From Octopus vulgaris (taxonomy: Eukaryota), in NCBI GenBank assembly GCA_951406725.2, contig OX597816.1, positions 49,476,001 to 49,540,000 on the forward strand: a DNA stretch of 64,000 bases, in the 5' to 3' direction. How positions within the stretch are numbered: the stretch's first letter is position 1; each line of letters starts with the position of its first letter. The position numbers and the translations under genes were made by a program. The notes beneath the pieces are model-generated. The model saw only the letters and a list, made by a program, of their open reading frames with translations. It was not told the origin of the DNA and did not search any database. This document shows, in pieces, positions 1 to 14,065 of the stretch.

Positions 1-534
1 TCATTCCATTCTTCCACATTGAAAAAAAAAATTAATCTCCCAAATAAATCATAAGTAAAATTTATTAGTTATCATTAATACAGTAGAATTAGTTTAATTC
101 GTCTTAAGCTAATTCGTTACTTCACCTAATTCATCACTTCCGATTTTCTCCTAGAGATGACCAATGAGACGAATTCTACTCTATTTTTTAATAACTTAAT
201 ATTATTTTGCCAAAATAATAAAAATTACTGGGGCTATACGTGAAAAGAGTTTCTGAATATAAATCCATAGGCTTAAAGTCGGATGGGGTTATTGTTGGAA
301 AAACTCAATAATATCTTCATAATTTTTTGGTTTTAATAAAATATAGTAAATTTTAAAAATGTTATTTGTGGCTGCAATATTTTAAGTACAGTAGAATTCT
401 AACTTCAAGTATGTTTTAAATTTCTTTAGACGTGACGAATTAGGCAAGTTCTCCTGTTGAAATCTTGTTCTGTACTTTTACAGGTGTAATAACCTAAGAA
501 TATTAACCTGCATGCTCCTGAATTTTTCATTGTA

Positions 535-590
<56 letters not shown>
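535..590. repeat. (TA)n microsatellite
   Basis: Pure TA run. Confidence 0.95.
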
Positions 591-593
<3 letters not shown>

Positions 594-1410
594 TAGCAAT
601 CTACACAAATATGTATGTGTATATTAAAGCTTCTTTCTATGTATACAGTTAAGCATTAACTGAAGGATCGCTCAATACATGTAAATAAAAGATATATTTT
701 TAGAAACTAAAGTTAGCTTCTCAGTTTGAAAGTTCATTGGTTGGGGACACCAAAGAAAATCTAGTGGAAATAAATTCAACAATACCTTAATGGCATCGAT
801 CGTACTAGTCTCTAAGGTGCTACAAGCGTTATGTGCGCATCTATTTTCTCCAGCCTCACCAAGGAAAAAGAAAGAATACTGTGGATAGCAATGGATTTCC
901 CATTGTGTATTTCCTTTACTTCATTTCAGTAAGCTAGCTGAAAATCTTCTAAATGATAAAATTTTCAAATCAGTTACTTTTGAAATAAGGCTCTCTTGAT
1001 AATTGTTTGATTTTCCACGTACGTGCTACTGTTTTGTATAATCAATCAATTGCTTATATATTTCCAAAAGGAATAATTGGATATCTGCTATTATATGTTG
1101 CCTGTGTGTGCTTGTGTGTGTGTGTATGCACATATCCACACATACGCACACATACCTTCTTCTCTTAGACTCCACTGTCTTAGAAAGAAATTTTCAATCA
1201 CCCATTCCCTTCCCGTCATTTCAAAATGTAACCACATGTGAATCATTGGCGATATTTTTCCTCCCTCTCACTACTGGACTTTCCTATGTCTTCTGTTTCT
1301 GAAGACGAGCTTTGCTTGTAACGTAAAACCACATTTCTTTTCTTCCCTGAACATCTGCTAATACTTTACATGCACCACGTCCCAGGGTTCTTTTTTGTGT
1401 TAATTCTCCA

Positions 1411-1425
1411 TTATATATATAAATG

Positions 1426-1478
<53 letters not shown>

Positions 1479-1665
1479 CACACACATACATAGAAAGATA
1501 AACAGATAGAGAAATATAGAGAGATACATAAATAGTCGGATAAATATTTATATGTATGTATATATATACACATTTACATATATATTCATATATATGTATA
1601 TACATATATATATATGTATGCATATATATATGTATATACATATATATATATATATGTATGCATAT

Positions 1666-1727
<62 letters not shown>

Positions 1728-1762
1728 ACACATACACACACAGATATATATGTAGATAGATA
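1411..1762. repeat. Compound (CA)n/(TA)n microsatellite
   Basis: Alternating CA/TA tracts; source of spurious YIYI/CVCV ORFs. Confidence 0.9.
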
Positions 1763-2782
1763 GATCTTTCTGTGTTATGTTTAAAGTGAGAGCGTATGCC
1801 TGGAGATATATATTCATATTTAATACATCTATTTTTTGCATAAAAATTTCGTTTTTACCCTGCACTTTAAGCATTCTCCTCCATATATTTTATGACTACA
1901 GCTACAAACAAGCACATGCATATTCTAACACACCAGGACATTTAAGAAAGCATATATGTACACATGCATACAAGCAGGCAAATACAGTTACAGACAATGC
2001 AAGTACATAGACACACATGCAAACGCGAAGACTCTAACGTTCAATCGTAATATAAAAGGCGAGGTATACACACACATAAGACAAAGAACAAAATATTTAC
2101 ACCATTAAGACTAAGGTAGCGCTTTACCAACTTAATGCATAAAATACTACTTACACGCAGAGCTCCTGGGGTTAATCTTTAGGTAGGTGAAATCTTTCTG
2201 CAGAAATCTAGCCGTGTGTCACAATTTGTTATGGAAGTCAGCCAAACTACTTTACTGCAGTATCGAAAGCTAGCCAAGAATTTTATTTTAATTTCTCATA
2301 TTTTCCTGTCTATGGTTCGTATTCCATGACATTGCACTCTGCCAGCATAAAATATCCAGAAGAAGTCTGATAATCTTTTCACTATGGCAAGTATTTCTTT
2401 ACAGATAACAAATTCATAGGCATGTCATTGTAGTCGCTGTTTGAACATACGAAGTAAAACAAACTCGAGTGATGTTTTAAAAGTTGCATTGTGTCTATAC
2501 TTTTGCCATACGTTTTTAAAAGTAGAACTAAATTGTAATAGATCTTTACAAAAAATTAATAATGATAGTAATCGTTAATTCTTTCGATTCTATCATACTA
2601 TTAAAATACAATTATTCATGTTATTCTAGCAAAGAGCTTTATACCACCCAGTCCTGAAAATGCGCAGCATATGATTTACCTAAATGCAACTAACAGTCTT
2701 TTCAAAATAAGTTGAAATAAATATTTTTATTATAAAATGTTGAGCTTTTCGCACTTGCAACTCATTCCTTAATAACGGCTTT

Positions 2783-2990
2783 TAATCTTGGCACATGGCC
2801 AGCTGGTTTGAGTAAGTGGGTAAGTCAATTACTTCGACTACAGTAACCAACTAGTCCTTAATTTCTCGAAACCGAAATGGTGTAAGGCAAAATCAAACTC
2901 GGCAGAATTTTAACTCAGGACATAAAGACAGAAGAAATCCGCTAAATATTTAACCCGGTGTCGTAACGATTTTGCCAACTCGCCGCCATA
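2783..2990 (-). mobile_element. tRNA-derived CORE-type SINE (family A), decayed
   Basis: Reverse complement of the GGCGGCGAGCTGGCAGAA...GAGTTCAAATTC...GGCCTTGTGCC pattern that recurs through the window. Confidence 0.75.
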
Positions 2991-3753
2991 ACTGATTTAT
3001 TAAGTTGAATTGTAATACGGTGATACTACACACGTATTTCTTTGACCACGTCCAGGGAAGGTTACCCTAATAACTAGCATTAAAACACTTACAGAGAAAT
3101 ACCAGCCGCTGATTTACACGAGTTCCGTCTTCTCTTTCAGACCGGAATCTTACTATTGCCACTACCCATTAAAGCAATCCTGACTCACACACCACATTTC
3201 TTCAATCATATTTTATTCAGTCTAGCACATCAGACCCCATATTAATCAATACGCTCGATTTTTCAGTCTCAGATCATAGGCTCTCTGGTACTCTGTCTGC
3301 CGCCACCTTTTTCACACGTGCTGAATTACAATGTCTGAAGAGGAAACATTAATATCATTAACCCATTGAGTCTATGTGGCACAGCAAAGGCTACAGTGAT
3401 TCCCATTCTTGTACTCATACAAAATAAAGTAAAATAAATTTTAAATATTTCTTTAAACAATAATTGTAAAATTACTGAGGTGACCTCAATTAATTTAGGC
3501 AATATATATTTTTTGTAAACATAACTTCCATTCTTGTACGATTTCAAATAAGCAAATTTTTGATTGAAATGCTTTTATATTCAATTGGATATCTATATTT
3601 ATCTCTATCAATAGAAAGTAATCTCTCTACAAATGATATCCTACTTTGATTTATTAAGAAACTGACAGCAAATGCTCTATTCATATATTTACTAATGATA
3701 AAAGTTTGTGTGTGTGGCTATCTACATACATGTCTATACACACACACACAGAT

Positions 3754-3797
<44 letters not shown>

Positions 3798-5027
3798 TTA
3801 TATTTACATACAAACACACACGTATGTATGTATGTATGTATGTATATATATATATGTATTCTACCAACACAGCATGAAAAGTAGGAAATATTCATTTCAT
3901 TATATACTGCTATATATGATTTAAATGTTTAAAGCATCTCGAAATATAATGACCAGTTAATAGTCAGTTCACGAGCATTAGAATAATTGTAGTTTGTCTC
4001 CATTTCTTCTGAGAACTTGTCGTAAATTTCTGGTATTGACACATAGCAAACATTCAAGTAATCTTCAAAATAACTATACTTTGATATACGGGGTGCATTC
4101 CAGAGGATTTGAGACTTTTGGTTTAAGAGAGGCAGTTATAACAACCCTAGATTATTGCAATCTTGCTGTATTATTACTATACATCAAATAGACCGACCTG
4201 CCAACTTTTTATTCCAGATTGAAGAATATGGATGTAGTAGTACTTCCAAAATGCCCTTCTTGACTATTTTGCAGATTGCAGTTGGGACATGAAGGCAAAT
4301 GTGTAGCTTGTAATTCAATAAAGTTTTGTGTTAATCAGCGCAGAAATGTTACAGTAACATGAAATGCTCCGGATTGCACATGGATTAACTTGTATGAGCA
4401 GAGCATCAATTTTCATTACCAAAAGAAGTTCCAAGGCGGAAGAGATATGGTGAGAGTCGATGAAATGTGTGGGAGTAAGACAAACGTCAGAACATCGGAT
4501 CTGGTTGAAAAAAGGCGCAATACTCTGGATGTAAACCATCGAATGTCTATAAAGCCAGTAAACACATTTTGGAGTCGGTATGGAAGCTGTACACAGAGAT
4601 AATGATGAACATCTGAACATGCACAAAATTTGTGTAAAGTTCGTTCCTAGGGTGCTCAGGGACAGGCAGAAGGAAAGGCGCGTTGGTTGGGAGATTCTTG
4701 ACATCATTACCTCCATTTCCAGGTGACCAGTGACAAATTGTAGATCTACAGTTATGTTCCAAAATCTGAGTGCTCAGATGAAGTATTCTAGCTGCACCTG
4801 ACCCAAGAAGGCCAGGTAAAGCAAGTCCATCTACGAGTTACTGATGATTCCCTTTTTTGACATCAAAGGCATTGTCTACATCCACTGGGTTCCCACAAGC
4901 CAGACGGACAATCAAGTGTACTTTGTGGACGTTTTGACGGAGATCAAGAAGAGACCTGAGCTCTTCCTTTTAGTTCGATGGCGCCTATACCAGGACAATG
5001 TATCAGTCCACAATTCCATCTTTGTAG

Positions 5028-5394
5028 CTTAACAATTCTAGCAGCCCAGAACTTGCTCGCTATGAATTTAGGTTGTTGTCGAAGATGTAGAAGATTGTGT
5101 CACTGGTCCTGAACATCTTCTCTTCGGAAGACAACCATGGGGTCTTAACAACTCTAGCAGCCCAGAACTTGCTAGCTATAAATTTAGGTTGTTGTCGAAG
5201 CTGTAGAACATAAAAGTGATTGTGTCACGGGTCCTGAACATCTTCTCTTTGGAAGACAACCATGGGATCTTAACAATTCTAGCAGCCCAGAACTTGCTAC
5301 CTATGAATTTAGGTTTTTGTCGAAGCTTTAGGAGAAGATAAAAGTGACTGTGTCACGGGTCCTGAACATCTCTTTGGAAGACAACCATGGAGTC
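5028..5394 (+). repeat. Three tandem ~116-125 bp units inside the mariner
   Basis: Unit starts CTTAACAA(T/C)TCTAGCAGCCCAGAACTTGC at 5028, 5144 and 5269. Confidence 0.9.
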
Positions 5395-5497
5395 TTCACA
5401 ACGTGACTGGATCACTACAAGTTCACTGGAATAAGAGGATCCTACTCTGAGAGAAATCAGAGTTTTGTAGTTCTTTGAAATTAATAAGCGTCTCTCC

Positions 5498-5710
5498 TTA
5501 AAGCGGTGAGCTGGCTGAATTTTTTCACGTCGGGTAAAATGCTTAGCGGCATTTTGTCCTGGGTTCAGATTTCTCTGCGGCCGACTTTGCTTTTCATACT
5601 TGACATGGGGAGAAGGTGTCGAGAAAATACGTACGAGTTGAACAGTGGGGTCCATGTAATCTACTGAACCCTTCGTAAAGTTGTTGCCCTCGTACCAAAA
5701 TTTTAAACCA
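5498..5710 (+). mobile_element. SINE family A inserted in the mariner 3' end
   Basis: AAGCGGTGAGCTGGC head; flanking GTCTCTCC at 5490 and 5717 (TSD remnant). Confidence 0.75.
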
Positions 5711-7423
5711 ACAAATGTCTCTCCAGAAAAAATTCAAATCTTCTGAAATATACCTCTTACAACTCGCTGTATCGTGTCAGAGAACACTAGAATTTAGAAG
5801 TCAGTTGCACCGCATAGCTAGTAAAGAATAACAGAATAATTTCTTGTATTTTTTTTCTACCGTAGTTAAAATTATAGCGGGGATTAAGTAACACAGACAT
5901 TTTGCTTGATTTTAATGACTAACTGAATATGTTTATGACATTGTAATTATGGATTATCAGAAACTCAATTAAATTATAATTTGAATTATTGAACTGTTTA
6001 AACACGATTTATAAATTAGATTTAGATTTTTCTATAACATAGATATAGCAATGGATGATGGCTTTATATTTTACTCGAGAAGAATCAAGCCTTATTATTT
6101 CACAGAATTTTAGAACTGGAAAATTGCGGCAAATATGATAGCGTTCTTCAGGAAGATAAAATATGCGATAAAATAAATACTGCAGAAATATTTTTTCAAA
6201 ACAGTATTTCACAGGCTTCACCAAATATTGTTCAAGGCTGTGTAAGAAACAAACAAAGTGAAAGGTTGAATGCTGGAAAGATAAAGCTGAATAAAGAAAA
6301 ATCCGTTGAAAAAAATCAAAATAAAAGTGAGATAATAGGCGCAGTTTCGCAGAAACCTTGAGGTCAGATTATGTGAATCTGAGCATCATTATGAACCGCA
6401 CTTATTTTCGGAGGAGATGCCTCATTTAGAACGTGTACGTGTGCGTGAATAATATTTAGAAGTATGAATGTATGCCCACGCAGATTCAGATACCATCAGA
6501 GAGTATATTTTTTTTATTTTTATGATGAATATACGTTCATTTAGAGTTGAATTACTACATGATTCTCTAGAGATATACTTTAACCAGAACAATTTAAGAA
6601 TTATCCGTTAAGAAATTTCTCTTATGAAATTAATGTATTTGGATAATATATATAGATTTTGCGAGATGGTCGGGAATGTTTTTATTCGTGATTTACATGA
6701 CTATATACCATCAAAAGCAATTCAGTTTCTTTTTTAAACCCGAGTTGAAAGTATATATCTATTATTCATATTCTATTTTTGAACTGTAGTGCATTAATTT
6801 TTAACTTGAATTTATAGAGAACACGATAACCAAACTTTTGTGTAATCCAGCTGATAAAAGTTCTTCCCAGTGAATTTCGATCCCGAGAAACATCCAGCGG
6901 AAGACGCTAGTCTATTTTTCATATCACGTTGAATGTTAAATTGCCAATATAGCCCCCCAAAAATAGTAGCATCCCTTGAGCGAATTCCACGGTTATTTTT
7001 GGTACTATAAAGATTGGTGGAAGTTTGTAGTAAATCATGAAATACATAATTCCTTTTGAAATACGTCTCTTTCGTGATGCGTTTGATACTTTAGATAGTG
7101 AAAATTCCAAATACTTAATACTCAAGAGGCATTTGTCCGAGAGAACATTAGTGTAATCTAGATTCCTTGATATACACTTCACAGCTATTCTATCTTGGGA
7201 GTTGTCTATTACTTTTTCCTTTGTCTTAGAAAGTTAACCTAATAGGTAGATCTATCACATAATTCTACTAGTGTTTGACAACGTTAACAGAACAAATTTA
7301 AGGCGCTGCCCTGAGAATTTATTTCCCCATTAGGCAAGGAATGCACATTGTTTGACTTCAACCCACAGTCCCAGTGAACGCTGTATTACGTAACAGCTGT
7401 ACAGGTTCTACAGAAATAACTTG

Positions 7424-7476
<53 letters not shown>

Positions 7477-7479
<3 letters not shown>

Positions 7480-7764
7480 ATTAGAAAAAACACCTTTTAT
7501 CAATTCAATAATGAGATATTAAATTATACCTAGAAAATGACATATTATAGAAAGATTAAATATAAGATGAAACATATAACGATAATTAAGTGATGTGCAA
7601 AATAATAAAACGTATATAATAGGTTTTATATATTATTTTACACATTACTTAATCATCGTTATATGTTTTATCTTACATTTAATCTTTCTATAATATGTAA
7701 TTTTCTAGATGGTATAATTTAATTTTTCTTTATTGAATTGATAACAGGTGTTTTTTCTAATTTA
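7477..7764. repeat. ~290 bp fold-back palindrome between microsatellites, probable PLE terminus
   Basis: TAAATTAGAAAAAACACC...GGTGTTTTTTCTAATTTA arms. Arm and the 7890-7970 piece resemble the PLE end at 56450-56600. Confidence 0.8.
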
Positions 7765-7790
7765 TACGCACACACACACACACACACACG

Positions 7791-7889
<99 letters not shown>

Positions 7890-7971
7890 CTTTGTGAAAT
7901 TTCATTTTGTATTTCTAAATTGAATTTTTCCCCGTAAGTTTGGAATTATATTCCCTCATATTATATTAATA

Positions 7972-8004
<33 letters not shown>

Positions 8005-8007
8005 AAT

Positions 8008-8043
<36 letters not shown>

Positions 8044-8097
8044 TGAGTGGGTGTATATGTGTGATCTGTGTGCGTTTATCTGTGTGTCTATGTATGT

Positions 8098-9245
8098 ATT
8101 GAAGGTGCGTTCAAAAGATATCTGACTTTATTTTTCTCGCCAGCAGGGCGGTTCATTTCACGGCTGTAACGCCTACAGTACAATGGTGATCGTCCGCGAT
8201 CGTTGCATTTCCGTTTTCACACGTAATGATATAACGCATGGAGTAGAGACATCGGATCAAGTTTTGTCAAAATCGTGGTGGTATTCAAGATCAAACCATT
8301 TCGAAAATTCAGCAGATCTTTGGCGATGATGCCATGGGCAAAACTCAGATCAAGGAATGTTACAAACACTGCAAGCATTAACCCACACCTCAATGGAGAG
8401 CTAGGCTCTCTCAAGCATGGAATTTAGAAGCCGAAACGAGGAGGTGATTGAAAAAGTTCGGCGAATAATCATGGATGAAAATTGTGTTGCAATCCAGGAT
8501 ATTGCTCACAAATTGGTAGCAAGCACAAGATCAGAGCGTTCCACTTTAACAGAGGATTTGTGCATGCAGAGAGTGTCGCCGAAATTTGTCCACAAGGTAT
8601 TGGGGATGCAACAAAAGCAACTCCGCATGGAAATCACTCAAGGCCCGCTGGACTTTGCAAACCATGCCTCAGATGTCGTGAACACCATCATAACTGGTGT
8701 TGAGACTTATATTAAGTGTTACCAACCGGAAACCAAGTCCTAGTCTTCACAATGGAAGCATACATCATCATCATGCCCCCCAAACGCATGCAGCTATGTC
8801 AAGGTAATATTGAACTGTTTCTTTGACTCCTGTGATCTTATGCATCATGAATACGCACCACAAGGCCAAACCATCAATAAAGATAATATCTCTAGGTCAT
8901 ATGTCATTTTTGCGATTCTGTGCGTGGAAAGCGAATGGTGGACACGTGAGCGGAAAAGAATTGGAAACTTCACCATGGCAATGCGCCCGCACATTCCGAC
9001 CACATAACTCAAGGTTTCGGGTCAAGAACAACACACACCACCTGTTCACCAGGCCCCTTCCTCTCAGGACTCACCCAAACTGAAAACCGCGCTGGAATGG
9101 AAAGGAAGTCAAGAGGTGAAAATCGACGGCAGTGCTCCATATCATTCCAGAGAAGGCGCTGGGTGGGTGTTACTAAGTTTGGCAGAACAACTGGAGGTGA
9201 TTAAGTAAGATATGTGAAATTTACATAATTATTTTTTATGCCTCC
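8098..9245 (+). mobile_element. Decayed mariner transposon
   Basis: ORF 8417-8743 has RVSPKFVHKVL (WVPxxL) and IITGVETY (TGDETW); downstream HHEYAPQGQTIN and HHGNAPAH; many frameshifts. Confidence 0.85.
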
Positions 9246-9310
9246 ACACACACATATACACACATATACATAGTAGTATATATATGTATATATGTATGTA
9301 TGTATATATG

Positions 9311-9389
<79 letters not shown>

Positions 9390-9553
9390 ACACATATATA
9401 TATAGATACATACACATATATATATATATATATATATAGTTGCACATGATAATTGAGATTCAGATGAATTAGGTACTTAAATTGAGGTATTATCCGTATA
9501 ATTTCAAAATAGGGTGAATAAAATCAAAATAAGCAACATGATATCCAAGGGTG

Positions 9554-9641
9554 ATGTAGTACGACCGTTTCAAACGGATCCTTTCAATTGAACAATGCAC
9601 TCATTTCATCAATTTAAATGCAGAGCTATCCTCAGCTGCAT
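9554..9641 (-). ncRNA. Type I hammerhead ribozyme motif with long stem II
   Basis: augcag-CUGAGGA-(~57 nt)-GAAAC-GGUC-GUA-cuacau. Confidence 0.6.
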
Positions 9642-9801
9642 AAATAGAATTAATTTAATCAGTCGGACACATTTGTATAACTTTACTCAAATCCTCTAAG
9701 TGGGTAAGAAGACAGACAAAGTCCAGAAGTTACTCTTAGAAGATTTAAGTAAAATTATACAAATGTGTTCGACTGTTTATATTAATTCTGTTTATTTATT
9801 T

Positions 9802-9889
9802 ATACAGCTGAGGATAGATCTGCTTTTAACTTGGTGTAATTACTGCATTGTCCAATTAAATGGAGCAGCTTGAAAAGATAGTACTGCAT
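9802..9889 (+). ncRNA. Hammerhead motif, decayed mirror copy
   Basis: auacag-CUGAGGA...GAAA-agaua-GUA-cugcau. Confidence 0.5.
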
Positions 9890-10483
9890 CACCTTTTGAT
9901 ATATATATAGTTGCTTATTTTGATATATATAGTTAAAGATGAACACAAATAGCAGCAGGGGAAATGCAGAGAAACCCTGTCAAGCTCAAAATTTCACCAG
10001 AAACAATTCCAATAAGAAAGACGAGAAGTGACTGTGAAATAGTTTTGTTGGTTTTAGCAATTACCTCAGTCCTTGGATAAAACGAATAAAAGCAAAAGTC
10101 AAGTATAGGTATGCGATACTTTATTTCATTATTAATTATTTTCAGTCGATCGATACCTCTATAAAGAACTGTATGTCTATTAAATATACTGCTTTTATGC
10201 CTTACTGAAAAAGTGTAACAGCTCGTTAAGTGAAAGATATATAGCTGTGAATTATTTGCTATCTTAAAAACTATATTTTCGTATGTTTTTTTGTTTGTTT
10301 CTGTCATACTATTCACCATAGTTTTATCTATGTACTGTTTTAACTACTCCAGTTGTAGAAATAAAAGGACATCCATATATTTCAATCGTGAAAGTGCCAT
10401 AAAATGTCATTTTGAGCAATATTATAATATTGTATTTAGTACATTATGGCATATATTTTATATCAATATCAATATCTCTGTTA

Positions 10484-10965
10484 AGGTGATGAGCTAGCAA
10501 ACTCGTCAGCACGCTGAGCATAATGCTTAGCGGTGTTTATTCTGTCCTTACTTTTCGTCATTTCAGGTTCGATAAAATGAGTACCAGTTGAACACTGAGC
10601 CAATATTTGTTTCAGATTTTGGCATGTGGGCAAAATTGTCGAAGATGGGGACAGTCGAATACAAGGATCCCTGTGCTCAACTTGTACTTATATTATTGAC
10701 CGAAATGCTGAAACGTAAAGTCAAACTTTGTAGAAATTTTCAGAACGTATTTAACCGAATATTGATATGTCTATCAAGGCGGCGATGAGGCAGAATCGTT
10801 AGTACGCTGGGGAAAAAAGCTTAGCAATATTTCGTCCATTTTTACGAGTTCAAATTCCGTCGTAGTCAACTTTGATAAAATAATTTACCAGCTGAGCACC
10901 GAGGTCAGTGTAATCGATTTACATCCTCCCCTGAAATTGCTGGCTTTGTGCGAAAATCTGAAATC
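10484..10965. mobile_element. Cluster of three decayed family A SINEs (+,-,+)
   Basis: Heads at 10484 (AAGGTGATGAGCTAGC) and 10776 (AAGGCGGCGATG); inverted copy ~10610-10760. Confidence 0.65.
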
Positions 10966-11234
10966 TTTAAACTCAAACTTATACACTGTAAGTATCCAGA
11001 ACGACTATCAGTTTTCAGCATATACTTGTTATACCTTGTACATCTCCACATCGATTGTGTTGTAGTTCCTTTATTTAATCTGAGACATCGTCAATATATA
11101 ACAAGCTTCTACAAATCACAAAAAATGTCATATAATTCTATATATATGTCGAAAATTTAGACTAAATTGGATAGCTGATTTTCAGTCAGCTATGATCACT
11201 TTTAGACTAACATTATTAACTATATATTAATGTG

Positions 11235-11440
11235 AGGTGGCAGAATCATTAACACTCCGCGCAAAATGCTTACGGCATTTCGTCCTTCTTTACTTTCTGA
11301 GTTCAAACTCCTCCGAGGTCGACTTTGCCATTCATTCTTTCGGGGTCGATAAAATAAGTACCTGTATGAACACTGGGATCGATGTAATCGACTCATCCCC
11401 TCCCACAAATTGCTGTCCTTGTGGGAAAATTTGAAACCAT
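11235..11440 (+). mobile_element. SINE family A
   Basis: GAGTTCAAACTCCTCCGAGGTCGACTTTGCCATTCATTCTTTCGGGGTCGATAAA core. Confidence 0.85.
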
Positions 11441-11469
11441 TATTATTGATATATTAAAAGCTTTTTAAG

Positions 11470-12066
11470 TTTGGTGAGCAGGCAGAATCATTAGCACGCC
11501 GGGCAAAATTCTTAGCAGCATTTCGTCGGAGTGGCTGTGCGGTAAGTAGCTTGCTTGCCAACCACATGGTTCCGGGTTCAGTCCCACTGCGTGGCACCTT
11601 CGGCAAGGGTTTTCTACTATAGCCTCGGGCCGACCAAAGCCTTTTGAGTGGATTTGGTAGACGGAAACTGAAAGAAGCCCGTCGTATATATGTATGTGTG
11701 TGTATATTTTTCTGTGTCTGTGTTTGTCCCCCCAGCGTTGCTTGACAACCGATGCTGGTGTGTTTACGTCCCTGTAACTTAGCGGTTCGGCAAAAGAGAC
11801 CGATAAAATAAGTACTAGGCTTACAAAGAATAAGTCCTAGGGTAGGCTTTGCTCGACTAAAGGCGGTGCTCCAGCAAGGCCACAGTCAAATAAATGAAAC
11901 AAGTAAAAGAGGTCTTTACGGTTTGGGTTTAAATTCTTCTGAGGTAAACTTTGCCTTTCATCCTTTCGGGTCGATAATAAAAGTACCAGTTGTGTACAGG
12001 GGTCGATGTAATCGACTTACCGAACTCCCTCAAAATTGCTCACCTAGTGCTAAAATTTGAAACCAA
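11470..12066 (+). mobile_element. Family A SINE interrupted by a full family B SINE (11527-11910)
   Basis: A head to ...TTTCGTC, then B element GGAGTGGCTGTGCGGTAAG...AGTAAAAGAG, then A resumes at GTCTTTACG. Confidence 0.85.
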
Positions 12067-12900
12067 TATATAACAAGCCTTGAGTTAGTGGAATTGTTAG
12101 TTTATCATTCAAAATACCTCAAATTTGGAAGTCATCATTACATTTATTATACATTAGACAACAGATATTTTTCAAATGCACTTTCATATATGTTGATCTC
12201 GCCGTTAATCCTGTAGCATATAGAATTAATAAATACACAAAGGTAATTTTTTTGTCATAACCGGGTACATTCTGTTGTCAGGAGACTGAAACTCGCCTAA
12301 ACATTTTCAGTGCTACCAAAACAATTATGTTCAATTCACTAAACGTTATCAAAATGATAACAGACCGAAAATTTTATATGAAAATAAAAATACCTATTAT
12401 AAAATAAATAATTTTAATATTAAATTATTATGTCGCAAAAATTCTTCTAATTTCATTATTTTTCTGCCGTCTATGCTGATATCAATAGACCTGTGAGTAG
12501 ACAACGCACTGGACAATACACATACATAATATTTCAGTAATATGTATTTGGTTAGCTAATGTAGTTATAATTCAGTACAACAGTATTTCAATGAGATATT
12601 TACTTTCATTAGATCTTTTATGAGTATTTACTATTGATTATCTTGTTACATAAAACGCTTGGATGTCGCCAGTTGCATACATTTTGCTTCCTTCGTGTTA
12701 TTTTTCGGCTAACACATTAATTATAATAGACACAAAATTTTGCCTTTCTTTTAATATGCATTGGGTGTAGTATTTTGCAAAGTGTAAGGTAGCGGTCTGG
12801 TAACCTATGCGCGGCCTCGTAACCTTCATGATTAATAGCATACATACATACACGCAAGCACACGCACACACGCACACACACAGACACACACACACACACA

Positions 12901-12940
<40 letters not shown>

Positions 12941-12984
12941 TATATATATATATGGATATGGATATGAATTTACTTGATATATGC

Positions 12985-13450
12985 ATATGTATGTCCAGCG
13001 GTGGATTTATTTGACCAAAAACTTCTACCTGTCTGATAAGGGTACACCAAGAGAAACAACACATGACCTTGCAGGTGGGACTCAGAATTTTCTTCAGGTG
13101 GAGAAACCCTACCCGCTCAACAGGTCCCTGAATAAGGTTTATTTAAGGATTATGAACGAACCACTCATGTTTCCAAGGGTGAATTATCCAAATCCCAAAG
13201 AATTCCTCTCAACACATGGCTATGATGCTCCCCGAATACTTCTGCTCGTGATCAGAGATATATATACCATCAGTCACTAAGGGACATGCTCACCTGGTTT
13301 AGGTCAAGCAACTGAGAAGCAAATCTGTGGTATTGAGCAGAATATTTGCTGTAGTCCATCTTTTATACCAAGACAAAACAATGTACATGACAACAGTTCC
13401 AATCATTTAAGATCAGAAGCCATGAGAGATACTGCCTGGTACTGCATCAG
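12985..13450. repeat. Unclassified probable interspersed repeat
   Basis: GC-richer island wedged between a microsatellite and a LINE fragment; single copy here, family not identified. Confidence 0.3.
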
Positions 13451-13462
13451 CTGAACTATGGG

Positions 13463-14065
13463 TTTATGTCGAACAGCTACTGTCGCGTATAGGACGGATC
13501 CGGCTATCAGCTGAATCCATAGTGAGGATTGCTCCGCCGACCTTCTTTAACAAAGAGGGAAAGGCCGTTTTCCTGTGTCTAGTGGCTGTAGCGAAAGAGG
13601 TGGTATAGTGGACCCGTTTGAAAGGGCTAAGGTTAGACACTTTCCTCTTTGGCCAAGGCCTCATCAACTTTTTCAAGTTTCACTTGAAAAGGAAGGTGAG
13701 AGTAGAGAGGGAAGGGCTGTCTGATAGCAAGTTTACTGAAAGGTGGGTAAATGTCGCCAGAATGGCCAGTATAAATGGACCAATTCTGAGGATACACCTG
13801 TAGTATAAAAAGGTATTATAAAAGGAGAAAGGGGCTCTCTACCACCCTTTTGATCAGGCTCCCGTGGCTTTTAGGGGCTTTTCCACGAGTAACCTTTCGA
13901 AGCGCTTCCCCCTATTGGGAATTTCAATTGTTATATTTTCGCTGTTATCTCTGGAATTTTTACACGTTTCTTTTTTGCAAACGGACAAAACCCTTTGTAA
14001 CTTTCGTCCTGTGTTTTGTCCCTTTATGTTTTAAATTTTGTTGGCCCTTGTGGCCAATAAACGAA
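13463..14065 (+). mobile_element. 5'-truncated Tx1/L1-clade LINE: ORF2 C-terminus plus 3' UTR
   Basis: Frame YVEQLLSR...LVAVAKEVV*WTRLKG...FTERW...IHL* (AKxxIWxxR-type motif), ending 13803; 3' hairpin and AATAAA at 14041-14061. Confidence 0.7.

Larger units (their letters stand above)
4087..5759 (+). mobile_element. Decayed mariner DNA transposon with internal triplication and SINE insertion
   Basis: Degenerate TIRs 4087-4121 and 5723-5759 bounded by TA. Transposase remnants KFVPRVL (~4637), FFDIKGIVYIHWVP and YQDNVSVH (HDNARPH-like). Confidence 0.85.
9437..9924. mobile_element. PLE remnant: 400 bp palindrome (9523-9924) plus unpaired tail, in (TA)n
   Basis: Arms ATCAAAATAAGCAAC...GTTGCTTATTTTGAT; each arm has a hammerhead core. 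Confidence 0.75.

Noticed and set aside
2149-2215. Possible small minus-strand exon (CAG...GTAAGT)
   Set aside because: Splice-like motifs only; no homology or neighbouring exons.
6009-7400. Possible decayed coding sequence
   Set aside because: No recognisable motif in the frames examined.
11527-11600. tRNA gene
   Set aside because: It is the tRNA-derived head of a SINE with no complete cloverleaf; the same applies to the other SINE heads.
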